From Pseudomonas aeruginosa (GTDB lineage: Bacteria > Pseudomonadota > Gammaproteobacteria > Pseudomonadales > Pseudomonadaceae), in assembly GCF_001457615.1 (NCBI RefSeq), contig NZ_LN831024.1:6150001-6182000 (forward strand): a stretch of 32,000 bases of DNA, given 5' to 3'. The position numbers and the translations under genes are program-made. Of the stretch, positions 20,514-28,821 are shown one piece after another; positions within the stretch are counted from its first letter, which is position 1, and every line of letters starts with the position of its first letter. The notes beneath the pieces were generated by a model that saw only the letters and a list, made by a program, of their open reading frames with translations, was not told where the DNA came from and searched no databases.

Positions 20514-20711
20514 GGAGGTCTCCCTCTTCGGGGTTGGGAACCTGGTACGGTCGATCCGGATATTCCGGTCGCTGCATGACCGGCAGGCAGCTCCCGGTCG
20601 CGCTTTTACCCTACCCCCGTGAGGGTGATTAACAAAAATCAATAATTATTGGGATAGCCATTAGAAAAGCTTTATAGTCGCCCGACCGATCTCGGTCAGA
20701 GTGTGACTGGA

Positions 20712-21662
20712 ATGCGTAAGTCGTTGATGCGTATGACATTACGGCAGCTTCAGGTTTTTCGTGCCGTATGCGAGAGCCGCTCCTACAGCCGGGCGGCGGA
20801 GGAAATGGCCCTGACCCAGCCGGCGGTCAGCCTGCAGATCCGCCAACTGGAAGAGCTGGTCGGCCAGCCGCTGTTCGAGTACGTCGGCAAGAAGCTCTAC
20901 CTGACCGATGCCGCCGAAGCCCTGCTGAAGACCAGCACCGACCTGTTCCAGCGCCTGGAAAGCCTGGACATGCAGCTCTCGGACCTGAAGGGCTCGCTGC
21001 AGGGCCAGTTGCGCCTGGCGGTGGAGTCCAGCGCCAAGTACATCACCCCGCACCTGTTCAAGACGTTCCAGAACCTGCATCCGGAAGTCAGCCTGAGCCT
21101 GACGGTGGTCAACCGCACCCAGGTGATCAAGCGCCTGGCCGACAACCGCGACGACCTGGTGATCATGTCCCTGGTACCGCAGGACATGGCCCTGGAGTTC
21201 CTGCCCTTCCTGAACAACCCGATCATCGCCGTGGCGCCGCCGGACCATCCGCTGTGCAACGCCGCGAAGCTGGCCCTGAAGGACCTGGAGCCCTTCCCGC
21301 TACTGGTCCGCGAACCGGGCTCCGGCACCCGCAAGGCTTGCGAGGAGTTCTTCCAGCAACGCCGCGCGCACTTCTCGCAGATCCAGGAGATCGCCTCGCT
21401 GGAGTCCCTGCGCGAAGGGGTGATCGCCGGCCTCGGCCTGGCCCTGCTGCCGCGCCATGCGGCGCACCAGGAACTGGCCAACGGCCTGCTGCGCGAACTA
21501 CCGGTGGAGGAATTGCCGCTCTATCGCAGCTGGTGCCTGGTGCACGCCAAGGGCAAGCGCCTGAGCCCGGTGGCCCAGGCGTTCGTCGCCTTCGTCCGCG
21601 AGGAGCGGGCGCTGATCAGCCAGCTCGCTGGGCGCTTCGCCGGCCCTGGCGGTTCGAGCTGA
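20712..21662 (+). CDS. pycR: LysR-family regulator divergent from pycA
   Basis: About 316 aa; MTLRQLQVFRAVCESRSYSRAAEEMALTQPAVSLQIRQLEELVGQPLFEYVGK. Exact start uncertain (20703, 20712, 20727 or 20733). Confidence 0.87.
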   Translation: MRKSLMRMTLRQLQVFRAVCESRSYSRAAEEMALTQPAVSLQIRQLEELVGQPLFEYVGKKLYLTDAAEALLKTSTDLFQRLESLDMQLSDLKGSLQGQLRLAVESSAKYITPHLFKTFQNLHPEVSLSLTVVNRTQVIKRLADNRDDLVIMSLVPQDMALEFLPFLNNPIIAVAPPDHPLCNAAKLALKDLEPFPLLVREPGSGTRKACEEFFQQRRAHFSQIQEIASLESLREGVIAGLGLALLPRHAAHQELANGLLRELPVEELPLYRSWCLVHAKGKRLSPVAQAFVAFVREERALISQLAGRFAGPGGSS

Positions 21663-21831
21663 GGTAGGCGGCGGCTACCAGCTCGGGGTAGTCGGCCAGT
21701 TCCTGGCGCAGGCGCAGTTCTTCGCAGTGGTCCTCGATCGCCCGGCGGAATTGCATGCGCCGCTGGTCTTCGAGCTTGCGGCGGGTTTTCGAATCCACGT
21801 GCTGGGCATTGGCATCGCTATGACGGGGCAT
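21616..21831 (-). CDS. Small basic/acidic protein (71 aa), probable overlooked gene
   Basis: MPRHSDANAQHVDSKTRRKLEDQRRMQFRRAIEDHCEELRLRQELADYPELVAAAYLSSN...; SD-like GGAGA 6 nt upstream of ATG; strongly G/C-biased third codon positions. Confidence 0.65.
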   Translation of the reverse strand: MPRHSDANAQHVDSKTRRKLEDQRRMQFRRAIEDHCEELRLRQELADYPELVAAAYLSSNRQGRRSAQRAG

Positions 21832-21937
21832 CTCGCGTCTCCCATGGCCGACTGGCTGGAGTCGCGAGCATCGCGCAGCAATGTGACGGTTTGGCGGCAG
21901 GCCGGTGAAGACTGCGTTATGCCTTCCCGGCGGCGCC

Positions 21938-22819
21938 TCAGGACGGCTCGCCGCGCTCTTCCTGGTTCTTCATCACCTTCGGCGACAGGCGCAGGCTGCG
22001 CAGGCTGCGCTTGACGCTCTTGAGGTGGTTGACCAGGTCCGGGCCGCGGGCCATGGCCACGCCCATCGCCAGCACGTCGATCACCACCAGGTGGGCGATG
22101 CGCGAGGTCAGCGGGGTGTAGATGTCGGTGTCCTCGTGCACGTCGATCGCCAGGTTGACCGTGGCCAGGTCGGCCAGCGGGGTCTGGCTCGGGCACAGGG
22201 TGATCAGCGTGGCGCCGGCCTCGCGCACCAGGTTGGCGGTGATCAGCAGGTCCTTCGAGCGACCCGACTGGGAAATGCAGATGGCCACGTCGCTGGGCTT
22301 GAGGGTCACCGCCGACATCGCCTGCATGTGCGGGTCGGAGTAGGCCGCCGCCGACAGCAGCAGGCGGAAGAACTTGTGCTGGGCATCCGAGGCCACCGCG
22401 CCGGAAGCGCCGAAGCCGTAGAACTCCACGCGCTGGGCGTGGGCGATGGCGGCGATGGCGCGCTCCAGGGCGTGGGTGTCCAGGTGCTCGCGGACTTCCA
22501 TCAGGCTGTGCAGCGTGGTGTCGAAGATCTTCAGGCTGAAGTCGGCCACCGAGTCGCTCTCATGGATCGAGAACTGGCCGAAGCTGGCGCCGGCCGCCAG
22601 GCTCTGCGCCAGCTTCAGCTTGAGGTCCTGGAAGCCGCTGCAGCCGATGGCGCGGCAGAAACGCACGATGGTCGGCTCGCTGACCCCGACCCCATGGGCC
22701 AGTTCGGCCATGGAGCTGTGCATGACCGACGCCGGATCGTTGAGAACGTGATCGGCGACCTTGAGTTCCGACTTGCGGAGCTGTTGGCGGGACTGGGCTA
22801 TGTGCTGCAGCAGGTTCAC
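21938..22819 (-). CDS. RpiR/HexR-family transcriptional regulator (HTH + SIS domain)
   Basis: 293 aa; MNLLQHIAQSRQQLRKSELKVADHVLNDPASVMHSSMAELAHGVGVSEPTIVRFCRAIGCSGFQDLKLKLAQSLA; SIS motif FYGFGASGAVASDAQHKF. GTG start. Confidence 0.94.
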   Translation of the reverse strand: MNLLQHIAQSRQQLRKSELKVADHVLNDPASVMHSSMAELAHGVGVSEPTIVRFCRAIGCSGFQDLKLKLAQSLAAGASFGQFSIHESDSVADFSLKIFDTTLHSLMEVREHLDTHALERAIAAIAHAQRVEFYGFGASGAVASDAQHKFFRLLLSAAAYSDPHMQAMSAVTLKPSDVAICISQSGRSKDLLITANLVREAGATLITLCPSQTPLADLATVNLAIDVHEDTDIYTPLTSRIAHLVVIDVLAMGVAMARGPDLVNHLKSVKRSLRSLRLSPKVMKNQEERGEPS

Positions 22820-22847
22820 AGGCTGGGCTCGATTCTCTGTAGTAACC

Positions 22848-22864
22848 TTGTAGTTATACTACAA
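22848..22864. promoter_or_regulatory. HexR-like operator palindrome
   Basis: TTGTAGT-TAT-ACTACAA; core matches the TGTARTWWWAYTACA form recalled for HexR sites. Confidence 0.75.
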
Positions 22865-22904
22865 ACAGTCAGCCACGCCCAGCCAACGCCGTCGGGAGCT
22901 TGCC

Positions 22905-24371
22905 TTGAGTACACCAGCCACTCCAACGTCCTGCGACATCCTGGTCTTCGGCGGTACCGGCGACCTGGCCCTGCACAAGCTGCTGCCGGCGCTCTATCGC
23001 CTGCACCGGGAGGACCGCCTGCCGGCCGATACACGGATCTTCGCCCTCGCCCGCAGCGCGCTGGACAACGCCGCCTTCCTCGCCCTCGCCGAGCGCAACG
23101 TCCGCGCGGTGGTGGCGCGCAGCGAGTTCGCCGCCGAACAATGGAAAGGCTTCGCCGCGCGCCTCGACTACCTGGCCATGGACGCCTCGCAGAGCGCAGA
23201 CTTCGGTCGTCTCGCGCGGCACCTGAAGAGCAGCGAGGGCCGGGTGCTGGTGCACTACCTGGCAACCTCGCCGAGCCTGTTCGCGCCGATCGCGCAGAAC
23301 CTCTCCATCGCCGGCCTCGCCGGGCCGCAAGCGCGCATCGTGCTGGAAAAACCGCTGGGCCATTCGCTGGACTCGGCGAGGGCGATCAACCAGTCCATCG
23401 GCCGGGTGTTCGACGAGTCGCGGGTGTTCCGCATCGACCACTACCTGGGCAAGGAAACCGTGCAGAACCTGATGGCCCTGCGCTTCGCCAATGCGTTGTT
23501 CGAGCCGGTCTGGCGCGCGGCGCACATCGACCATGTGCAGATCAGCGTCAACGAGACCCTTGGCGTGGAGAACCGCGGCGGCTACTACGACCACGCCGGG
23601 GCGATGCGCGACATGGTGCAGAACCATCTGCTCCAGTTGCTCTGCCTGGTGGCGATGGAGGCGCCGGTGCGTTTCGACGCCGAGGCTGTGCGCAACGAGA
23701 AGCTCAAGGTGCTGCAGGCGCTGAAGCCGATCTCCGGGCTCGACGTGCAGGACAAGACGGTACGCGGCCAGTACGCCGCCGGCAGGATCGGCGGCCAGGA
23801 GGTGCCGGCGTACTACTTCGAGAAGAACGTCGACAACGACAGCGATACCGAGACCTTCGTCGCGCTCCAGGCCGAGGTCGAGAACTGGCGCTGGGCCGGG
23901 GTGCCGTTCTACCTGCGCACCGGCAAGCGCATGGCGCGCAAGTGCTCGGAAATCGTCATCCAGTTCAAGCCGGTGCCGCACAGCCTGATCGACGGCGGCG
24001 GCGGGCCGGCCAACCGCCTGTGGATAAGGTTGCAGCCGGAGGAGCGGATCAGCGTGCAACTGATGGCCAAGACCCCGGGCAAGGGCATGCAACTGGAACC
24101 GGTGGAGCTGGACCTCAACCTGGCCGAGGCCCTCAGCCGCAACAAGCGGCGCTGGGACGCCTACGAGCGCCTGCTGCTGGACGTGATCGAGGGCGACTCG
24201 ACGCTGTTCATGCGCCGCGACGAGGTAGAGGCCGCCTGGGGCTGGGTCGACCCGATCCTCGCCGGCTGGCGCGAGCACTACCAGAGCCCGCGGCCCTACC
24301 CGGCCGGCAGCAACGGCCCGGAACAGGCGCAACTGCTGCTGGAACTGCAGGGTCGACGCTGGCTGGAATGA
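22905..24371 (+). CDS. zwf: Glucose-6-phosphate 1-dehydrogenase
   Basis: 488 aa; ILVFGGTGDLALHKLLPALYRL, RIDHYLGKETVQN, KPVPHSLID. TTG start with upstream GGGAG. Confidence 0.92.
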   Translation: MSTPATPTSCDILVFGGTGDLALHKLLPALYRLHREDRLPADTRIFALARSALDNAAFLALAERNVRAVVARSEFAAEQWKGFAARLDYLAMDASQSADFGRLARHLKSSEGRVLVHYLATSPSLFAPIAQNLSIAGLAGPQARIVLEKPLGHSLDSARAINQSIGRVFDESRVFRIDHYLGKETVQNLMALRFANALFEPVWRAAHIDHVQISVNETLGVENRGGYYDHAGAMRDMVQNHLLQLLCLVAMEAPVRFDAEAVRNEKLKVLQALKPISGLDVQDKTVRGQYAAGRIGGQEVPAYYFEKNVDNDSDTETFVALQAEVENWRWAGVPFYLRTGKRMARKCSEIVIQFKPVPHSLIDGGGGPANRLWIRLQPEERISVQLMAKTPGKGMQLEPVELDLNLAEALSRNKRRWDAYERLLLDVIEGDSTLFMRRDEVEAAWGWVDPILAGWREHYQSPRPYPAGSNGPEQAQLLLELQGRRWLE

Positions 24372-24451
24372 CGCGGACATTGATCCGGCTCAGGATCGCC
24401 CGGCGCGCGCTCGGCTAGAGTCGCGCGCCCACGTCGTTGCGAGCCCGAACC

Positions 24452-25846
24452 ATGACAGCCACCACCCTCCGCCCCGAACTGCTGTGCCCCGCCGGCACCC
24501 TGAAAAGCATGCGCTATGCCTTCGCCTACGGCGCCGATGCCGTCTACGCCGGGCAGCCGCGCTACAGTCTGCGGGTGCGCAACAACGATTTCGACCACGC
24601 CCAACTGGCCGAAGGCATCGCCGAGGCCCACGCACTTGGCAAGCGCTTCTACGTGGTGGTCAACATCGCCCCGCACAACGCCAAGCTGAAAACCTTCCTG
24701 CGCGACCTGGAGCCGGTGATCGCCATGGGTCCGGATGCACTGATCATGTCCGATCCCGGCCTGATCATGCTGGTTCGCCAGCATTTCCCGCAGATGCCCA
24801 TCCACCTGTCGGTGCAGGCCAACGCGGTGAACTGGGCCGCGGTGCAATTCTGGCGGCAGCAGGGCCTGACCCGGGTGATCCTTTCCCGCGAGCTGTCGCT
24901 GGAGGAGATCGAGGAAATCCGCCAGCAGGTGCCGGACATGGAGCTGGAAGTGTTCGTCCACGGCGCCTTGTGCATGGCCTATTCCGGGCGCTGCCTGCTG
25001 TCCGGCTACATCAACCGCCGCGACCCCAACCAGGGCACCTGCACCAATGCCTGCCGCTGGGAATACAAGGCGGTGGAGGGCCGCGAGGACGAGCTGGGCA
25101 ACGTGGTGGCGCGGGAGCCGACCCTGGGACGCGGCGCGCCGACCGAGCAGGTGTTCCTCCTCGAGGAAGGCAACCGTCCCGGCGAACCGATGGCCGCCTT
25201 CGAGGACGAACACGGCACCTACATCATGAATTCCAAGGACCTCCGCGCCGTGCAGCACGTCGAGCGGCTGGCGCGGATCGGCGTGCACTCGCTGAAGATC
25301 GAGGGCCGCACCAAATCCCACTACTACGTGGCGCGCACCGCCCAGGTCTACCGCCAGGCGATCGACGACGCGGCGGCCGGCAAGCCGTTCGACCGCGGTC
25401 TGATGGACACCCTGGAGTCCCTCGCCCACCGCGGCTACACCGAGGGCTTCCTGCGCCGCCACGTGCACGACGAGTACCAGAACTACCAGCACGGCCATTC
25501 GTTGTCCGAGCGCCAGCAGTTCGTCGGCGAACTCACCGGCGAACGCCGCGACGGACTGGCCGAGGTGGAGGTGAAGAACCGCTTCCAGCGCGGCGACAGC
25601 GTCGAACTGATGACTCCGCGAGGCAACCTGAGCCTGCGCGTGGAGGACCTGCGCAACGCCGCCGGCGAGGCCATCGAGGTGGCGCCGGGCAATGGCCACG
25701 TGGTCTACCTGGCGCTGCCGGAAGGCCTGGACCTGTGCTACGCGCTACTGATGCGCGATCTCCAGCCCGGCCAGGATACCCGCCAGCCGCAGGCCGAACG
25801 CAGCGGCGGGTGTGCCGGCAAGGGCGCTTGCGGCTGCGCTCACTGA
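24452..25846 (+). CDS. trhP: Peptidase U32 family protein, YegQ/TrhP-type (tRNA uridine hydroxylation)
   Basis: PELLCPAGTLKSMRYAFAYGADAVYAGQPRYSLRVRNNDFDHAQL...ELEVFVHGALCMAYSGRCLLSGYINRRDPNQGTCTNACRWEY; near-identical blocks to remembered E. coli YegQ. Confidence 0.92.
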   Translation: MTATTLRPELLCPAGTLKSMRYAFAYGADAVYAGQPRYSLRVRNNDFDHAQLAEGIAEAHALGKRFYVVVNIAPHNAKLKTFLRDLEPVIAMGPDALIMSDPGLIMLVRQHFPQMPIHLSVQANAVNWAAVQFWRQQGLTRVILSRELSLEEIEEIRQQVPDMELEVFVHGALCMAYSGRCLLSGYINRRDPNQGTCTNACRWEYKAVEGREDELGNVVAREPTLGRGAPTEQVFLLEEGNRPGEPMAAFEDEHGTYIMNSKDLRAVQHVERLARIGVHSLKIEGRTKSHYYVARTAQVYRQAIDDAAAGKPFDRGLMDTLESLAHRGYTEGFLRRHVHDEYQNYQHGHSLSERQQFVGELTGERRDGLAEVEVKNRFQRGDSVELMTPRGNLSLRVEDLRNAAGEAIEVAPGNGHVVYLALPEGLDLCYALLMRDLQPGQDTRQPQAERSGGCAGKGACGCAH

Positions 25847-26565
25847 GGGTTGAGCAGGAACACCACGTAGCCCCTGAACCAGGGGCTCTTTTCCAGGTAG
25901 TCGGGGGCTTGCCAGTCGCCGCCCTGGACCAGGCCGATCCGGTACGGCAGCTGCAGGCGGCTGACCCGCGGGAGGTAGGCGGCGTGGTTGGGAATGCTGT
26001 GACGCCCCTGGTAGGTCTGCACCACCACTTCATCGACCACGCCCTTGAGCCGGTTGATCGCCGCCGGCTCGGCGTTGCTGCCCCAGTCGAGCAACCCGGT
26101 GATGCTCAAGCGGTATTCGCGGGGCAGGCGCCGGCGCAGGTCGCGGAGGAAATCGACGTACTCGTCGAGGTAGCGGGTACGCGCATCGAAGTCGATCTGG
26201 ATGCCGACCACCGGGTTGCCGGCACGCTTCCAGCGCTGCACCTGGTTCAGCACGGCCTGGTAGATCTGCGGCGTCCAGCGCAGGGTATGGGCGCGGTACA
26301 CCACCCAGACCTCGCCCCGCGCCAGGCGTGGCACCGAGATGCCCTGGGCGATCAGCCGCACGCCCTCGCCGGGGCGCCGGCGCGACTGGCTGATCTGTCC
26401 CTGCAGGATGTACAGCGTCTCGGCCCGCGCCAGCACCGGCTGCGGCGCGACGCCGCTCCACAGCCAGAAGGCGCCGTAGTCCTCGGCGCGCACCGCGGCC
26501 TCGACGGACGGCAACAGCGGCAGGCCCAGCAACAGGCCCGCCAGCCAGGCTCGCCAGCGCCTCAC
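25840..26565 (-). CDS. DUF3142-like protein (TIM-barrel/glycoside-hydrolase-like), predicted signal/anchor
   Basis: GTG 26565 start (VRRWRAWLAGLLLGLPLLPSVEA...); IQIDFDARTRYLDEYVDFLRDLRRRLPREYRLSITGLLDW. The ORF-track start at 26631 would lie inside the upstream gene. Confidence 0.75.
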   Translation of the reverse strand: MRRWRAWLAGLLLGLPLLPSVEAAVRAEDYGAFWLWSGVAPQPVLARAETLYILQGQISQSRRRPGEGVRLIAQGISVPRLARGEVWVVYRAHTLRWTPQIYQAVLNQVQRWKRAGNPVVGIQIDFDARTRYLDEYVDFLRDLRRRLPREYRLSITGLLDWGSNAEPAAINRLKGVVDEVVVQTYQGRHSIPNHAAYLPRVSRLQLPYRIGLVQGGDWQAPDYLEKSPWFRGYVVFLLNPQ

Positions 26566-28763
26566 CAGTAGTACTTCAGTTCCTTGGCCCAGGAGCTGTC
26601 GGCGTAGGTCGACTTCAGCGTACGGAACCATTGCTTGCGCTCGGCCTGCGGGATGTCCTGCTGGCCGCAGGTGTTGTAGCCGGCCGGGGCGAAGCAGTTG
26701 ATCGCGCGGAACAGCGCGTAGGCCTTGTCTTCGCGCGGAGCCTTGGGGTTGTCCATGACCAGGCGATAGCCATCCAGCCGGGAGTACACCTCGCCCTTGA
26801 AGCCGCTCGGGGTGCCGCCCAGCTCGTTGGCCTCGGGCTGGCTGTCCAGCGGCATGCCGTCGAGACCGTTGCGCAGGATGAATTCACCCAGGCAGTTCAG
26901 GCCCTTCGGGTCCTTGTCATCGGCGGCCAGCGCCGCGGCCGACTCGGCGATGGCCGGGCAAACGTAGCCGGACTCGGCCTTGTCGCCCTTCCAGCGGAAC
27001 AGCTCCAGGCTGTTGCCGGCGCCGTAGACATAGCCGAGGCTGGTGCCCAGCTTGGTCTGCGAGGGGGTTTCGCCGAGCAGCGCGAAGTCCTTGCCGAAGT
27101 CGGCGAAGCGGCTGCGGCGCAGGTCCTTGTAAAGGAGAGTGAACAGCGCGGTATCGCGCTCTTCCGCCGTCGCGCCCTGCTTGGCCTGGCGGCGCAACAG
27201 CGCGGCGTCGGCGACGTTGCGCAGGAGGATGCTGCGCAGCAGCGGCTCCTGGACCGGCGAACCTTCGGCGAAGACCTTTTCCAACTGGCCGCTGCGCTCG
27301 TAGTTGAGCGCCAGGGCCAGCTGCAACTGGCCCTTCTGGTACGGCTGCGCGGCCTGCGGCAACAGTTCCAGCCAGAGCGCCTCGGCGGCTTTCCAGTCCT
27401 TCTGCTGCTCCAGCGCCAGCCCGCGCAGGGTCTGCTGGCTGAAGCCGACGTAGTCGAGGCTGCCGACCTTTTGCGGCAGCGCTTCGAGGGTCTTCGCCGG
27501 ATCCTGGTCGACATAGAAGCGATAGGCCGCCTGCAGGTAGGCGAACAGTTCGGGATGCGCGGCGAAGCTGGCCTGTTGGGCCTGCAGCGTTTCCCAGGTG
27601 AAGCTGCGCGGGGTCGACGGATCGTGGGCGCGCATCTGCACCAGGTCGGCTACCGCCAGCAGCAGCGGAGTCTGGATGTCGCCGAGCTGGATACCGGTCA
27701 GGAGCTTGTTGTCGACCTCCTGGACCAGGTCTTCCAGGGCCATGTTGCGCTGCCCTTGCTCGGCTTCGGCGAATTGCGCGGCATAGTCCTGGGCCAGCAG
27801 CTTCTGGTCGCCGGCCAGCCAATGCACGCGCCGTTGCAAGCCCTTGGCCGAGGCGGCGTAGAGCCCCTTCGGATACGCCTGCAGGTAGGCCTCGAGGGCG
27901 CTGCGGGTCTGTTCCAGGCGAGCCTTGTCGACATTCTGCAGCTCGGGGAAGCCCATGTCGTCGAAGGCGTTCTGCTGGGCGGCGTTGAGCAGGGTGCGCG
28001 CCTGCAGGTACAGGGCGGTTTCCTTCAGCCAGGGCTGCGACACGTCCTGCAACGCCTTGAAGCCCTGTTCGGCTTCGTCGAAGCGACCGCTGTAGAAGTT
28101 GGCCGCAGCCTCCAGGTACGTGGCGAAGGCCTTGCCTGCGGCCGACTCGACGCCTTGCGCGAGCACACCGCCCAGTTCCTCTTGTTCCCAGCCGCAGGCA
28201 CCGAGCAGGTCCAGGCGGCTGTTGGCCAGGGCCTTGGTCTCCGCCTCGCCCAGCCCGGCGTCACGCACCTGGCGAAGAAACGCCAGCGCGCTGTCCTGGT
28301 CGTTGCTGCGGCAGCGGCTGCCCTCGCCCTCGAAGAATTCGGCGCCGGCGATCTTTTCCGGTAGCGCTTCGGCGCCCATCTGCCGGGCCAGTTCGGCGAG
28401 CGGCGAGGGCGCTGGCGCAGGCGGCGGTGTCTCGGCCTCGCTCGCCGCCGACGGCGCGGGCGGCTGGCTGCCGTCGCCGGGCAGCAGGCGGAACAGGCCG
28501 AACGGCACCAGGCCGTAGCCTTCGAGCTTCTCTTCCTCCGACGGCGGCGCCTCCACCAGCCGCCAGTGGCCGGCGTCGGCCAGCAGCAGGCGCAGGTTGG
28601 CGCGGGTGTCGTTGCCCGGGGCGAGGAACGGCAGGGTATCGCAGACACCGCCGCCGACCAGCGACCAATCGGGATAGCAGGAGTCGTCGCTGCTGGCCTG
28701 GGCCAGCGGGGAGAGACCGGCGCCCACCAGCAGGAGGGCGGGAAGAAGCGGCTTCGAGCGCAT
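26562..28763 (-). CDS. Large exported protein of unknown function, TPR-like helical repeats
   Basis: 733 aa with signal peptide MRSKPLLPALLLVGAGLSPLAQA; repeated helical segments (AAEALWLELLPQAAQPYQKGQLQLALALNYERSGQLEKVF). Confidence 0.85.
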   Translation of the reverse strand: MRSKPLLPALLLVGAGLSPLAQASSDDSCYPDWSLVGGGVCDTLPFLAPGNDTRANLRLLLADAGHWRLVEAPPSEEEKLEGYGLVPFGLFRLLPGDGSQPPAPSAASEAETPPPAPAPSPLAELARQMGAEALPEKIAGAEFFEGEGSRCRSNDQDSALAFLRQVRDAGLGEAETKALANSRLDLLGACGWEQEELGGVLAQGVESAAGKAFATYLEAAANFYSGRFDEAEQGFKALQDVSQPWLKETALYLQARTLLNAAQQNAFDDMGFPELQNVDKARLEQTRSALEAYLQAYPKGLYAASAKGLQRRVHWLAGDQKLLAQDYAAQFAEAEQGQRNMALEDLVQEVDNKLLTGIQLGDIQTPLLLAVADLVQMRAHDPSTPRSFTWETLQAQQASFAAHPELFAYLQAAYRFYVDQDPAKTLEALPQKVGSLDYVGFSQQTLRGLALEQQKDWKAAEALWLELLPQAAQPYQKGQLQLALALNYERSGQLEKVFAEGSPVQEPLLRSILLRNVADAALLRRQAKQGATAEERDTALFTLLYKDLRRSRFADFGKDFALLGETPSQTKLGTSLGYVYGAGNSLELFRWKGDKAESGYVCPAIAESAAALAADDKDPKGLNCLGEFILRNGLDGMPLDSQPEANELGGTPSGFKGEVYSRLDGYRLVMDNPKAPREDKAYALFRAINCFAPAGYNTCGQQDIPQAERKQWFRTLKSTYADSSWAKELKYYW

Positions 28764-28821
28764 GAATCGTCCTTAATTCGTGGGAGTCGAAAGTGCTACA
28801 GCATACTCCGCCGGATCGCGT

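Noticed and set aside
20514-20642. N-terminal extension of the pycA ORF (MIFVNHPHGGRV...)
   Set aside because: The conserved biotin carboxylase N-terminus IKKILIANRGEIAVRI begins at GTG 20513 behind a GAGGGAG-type SD.
26631-28364. 577-aa plus-strand ORF antisense to the exported protein gene
   Set aside because: Composition typical of an antisense frame; the minus-strand gene has a signal peptide and helical repeats.
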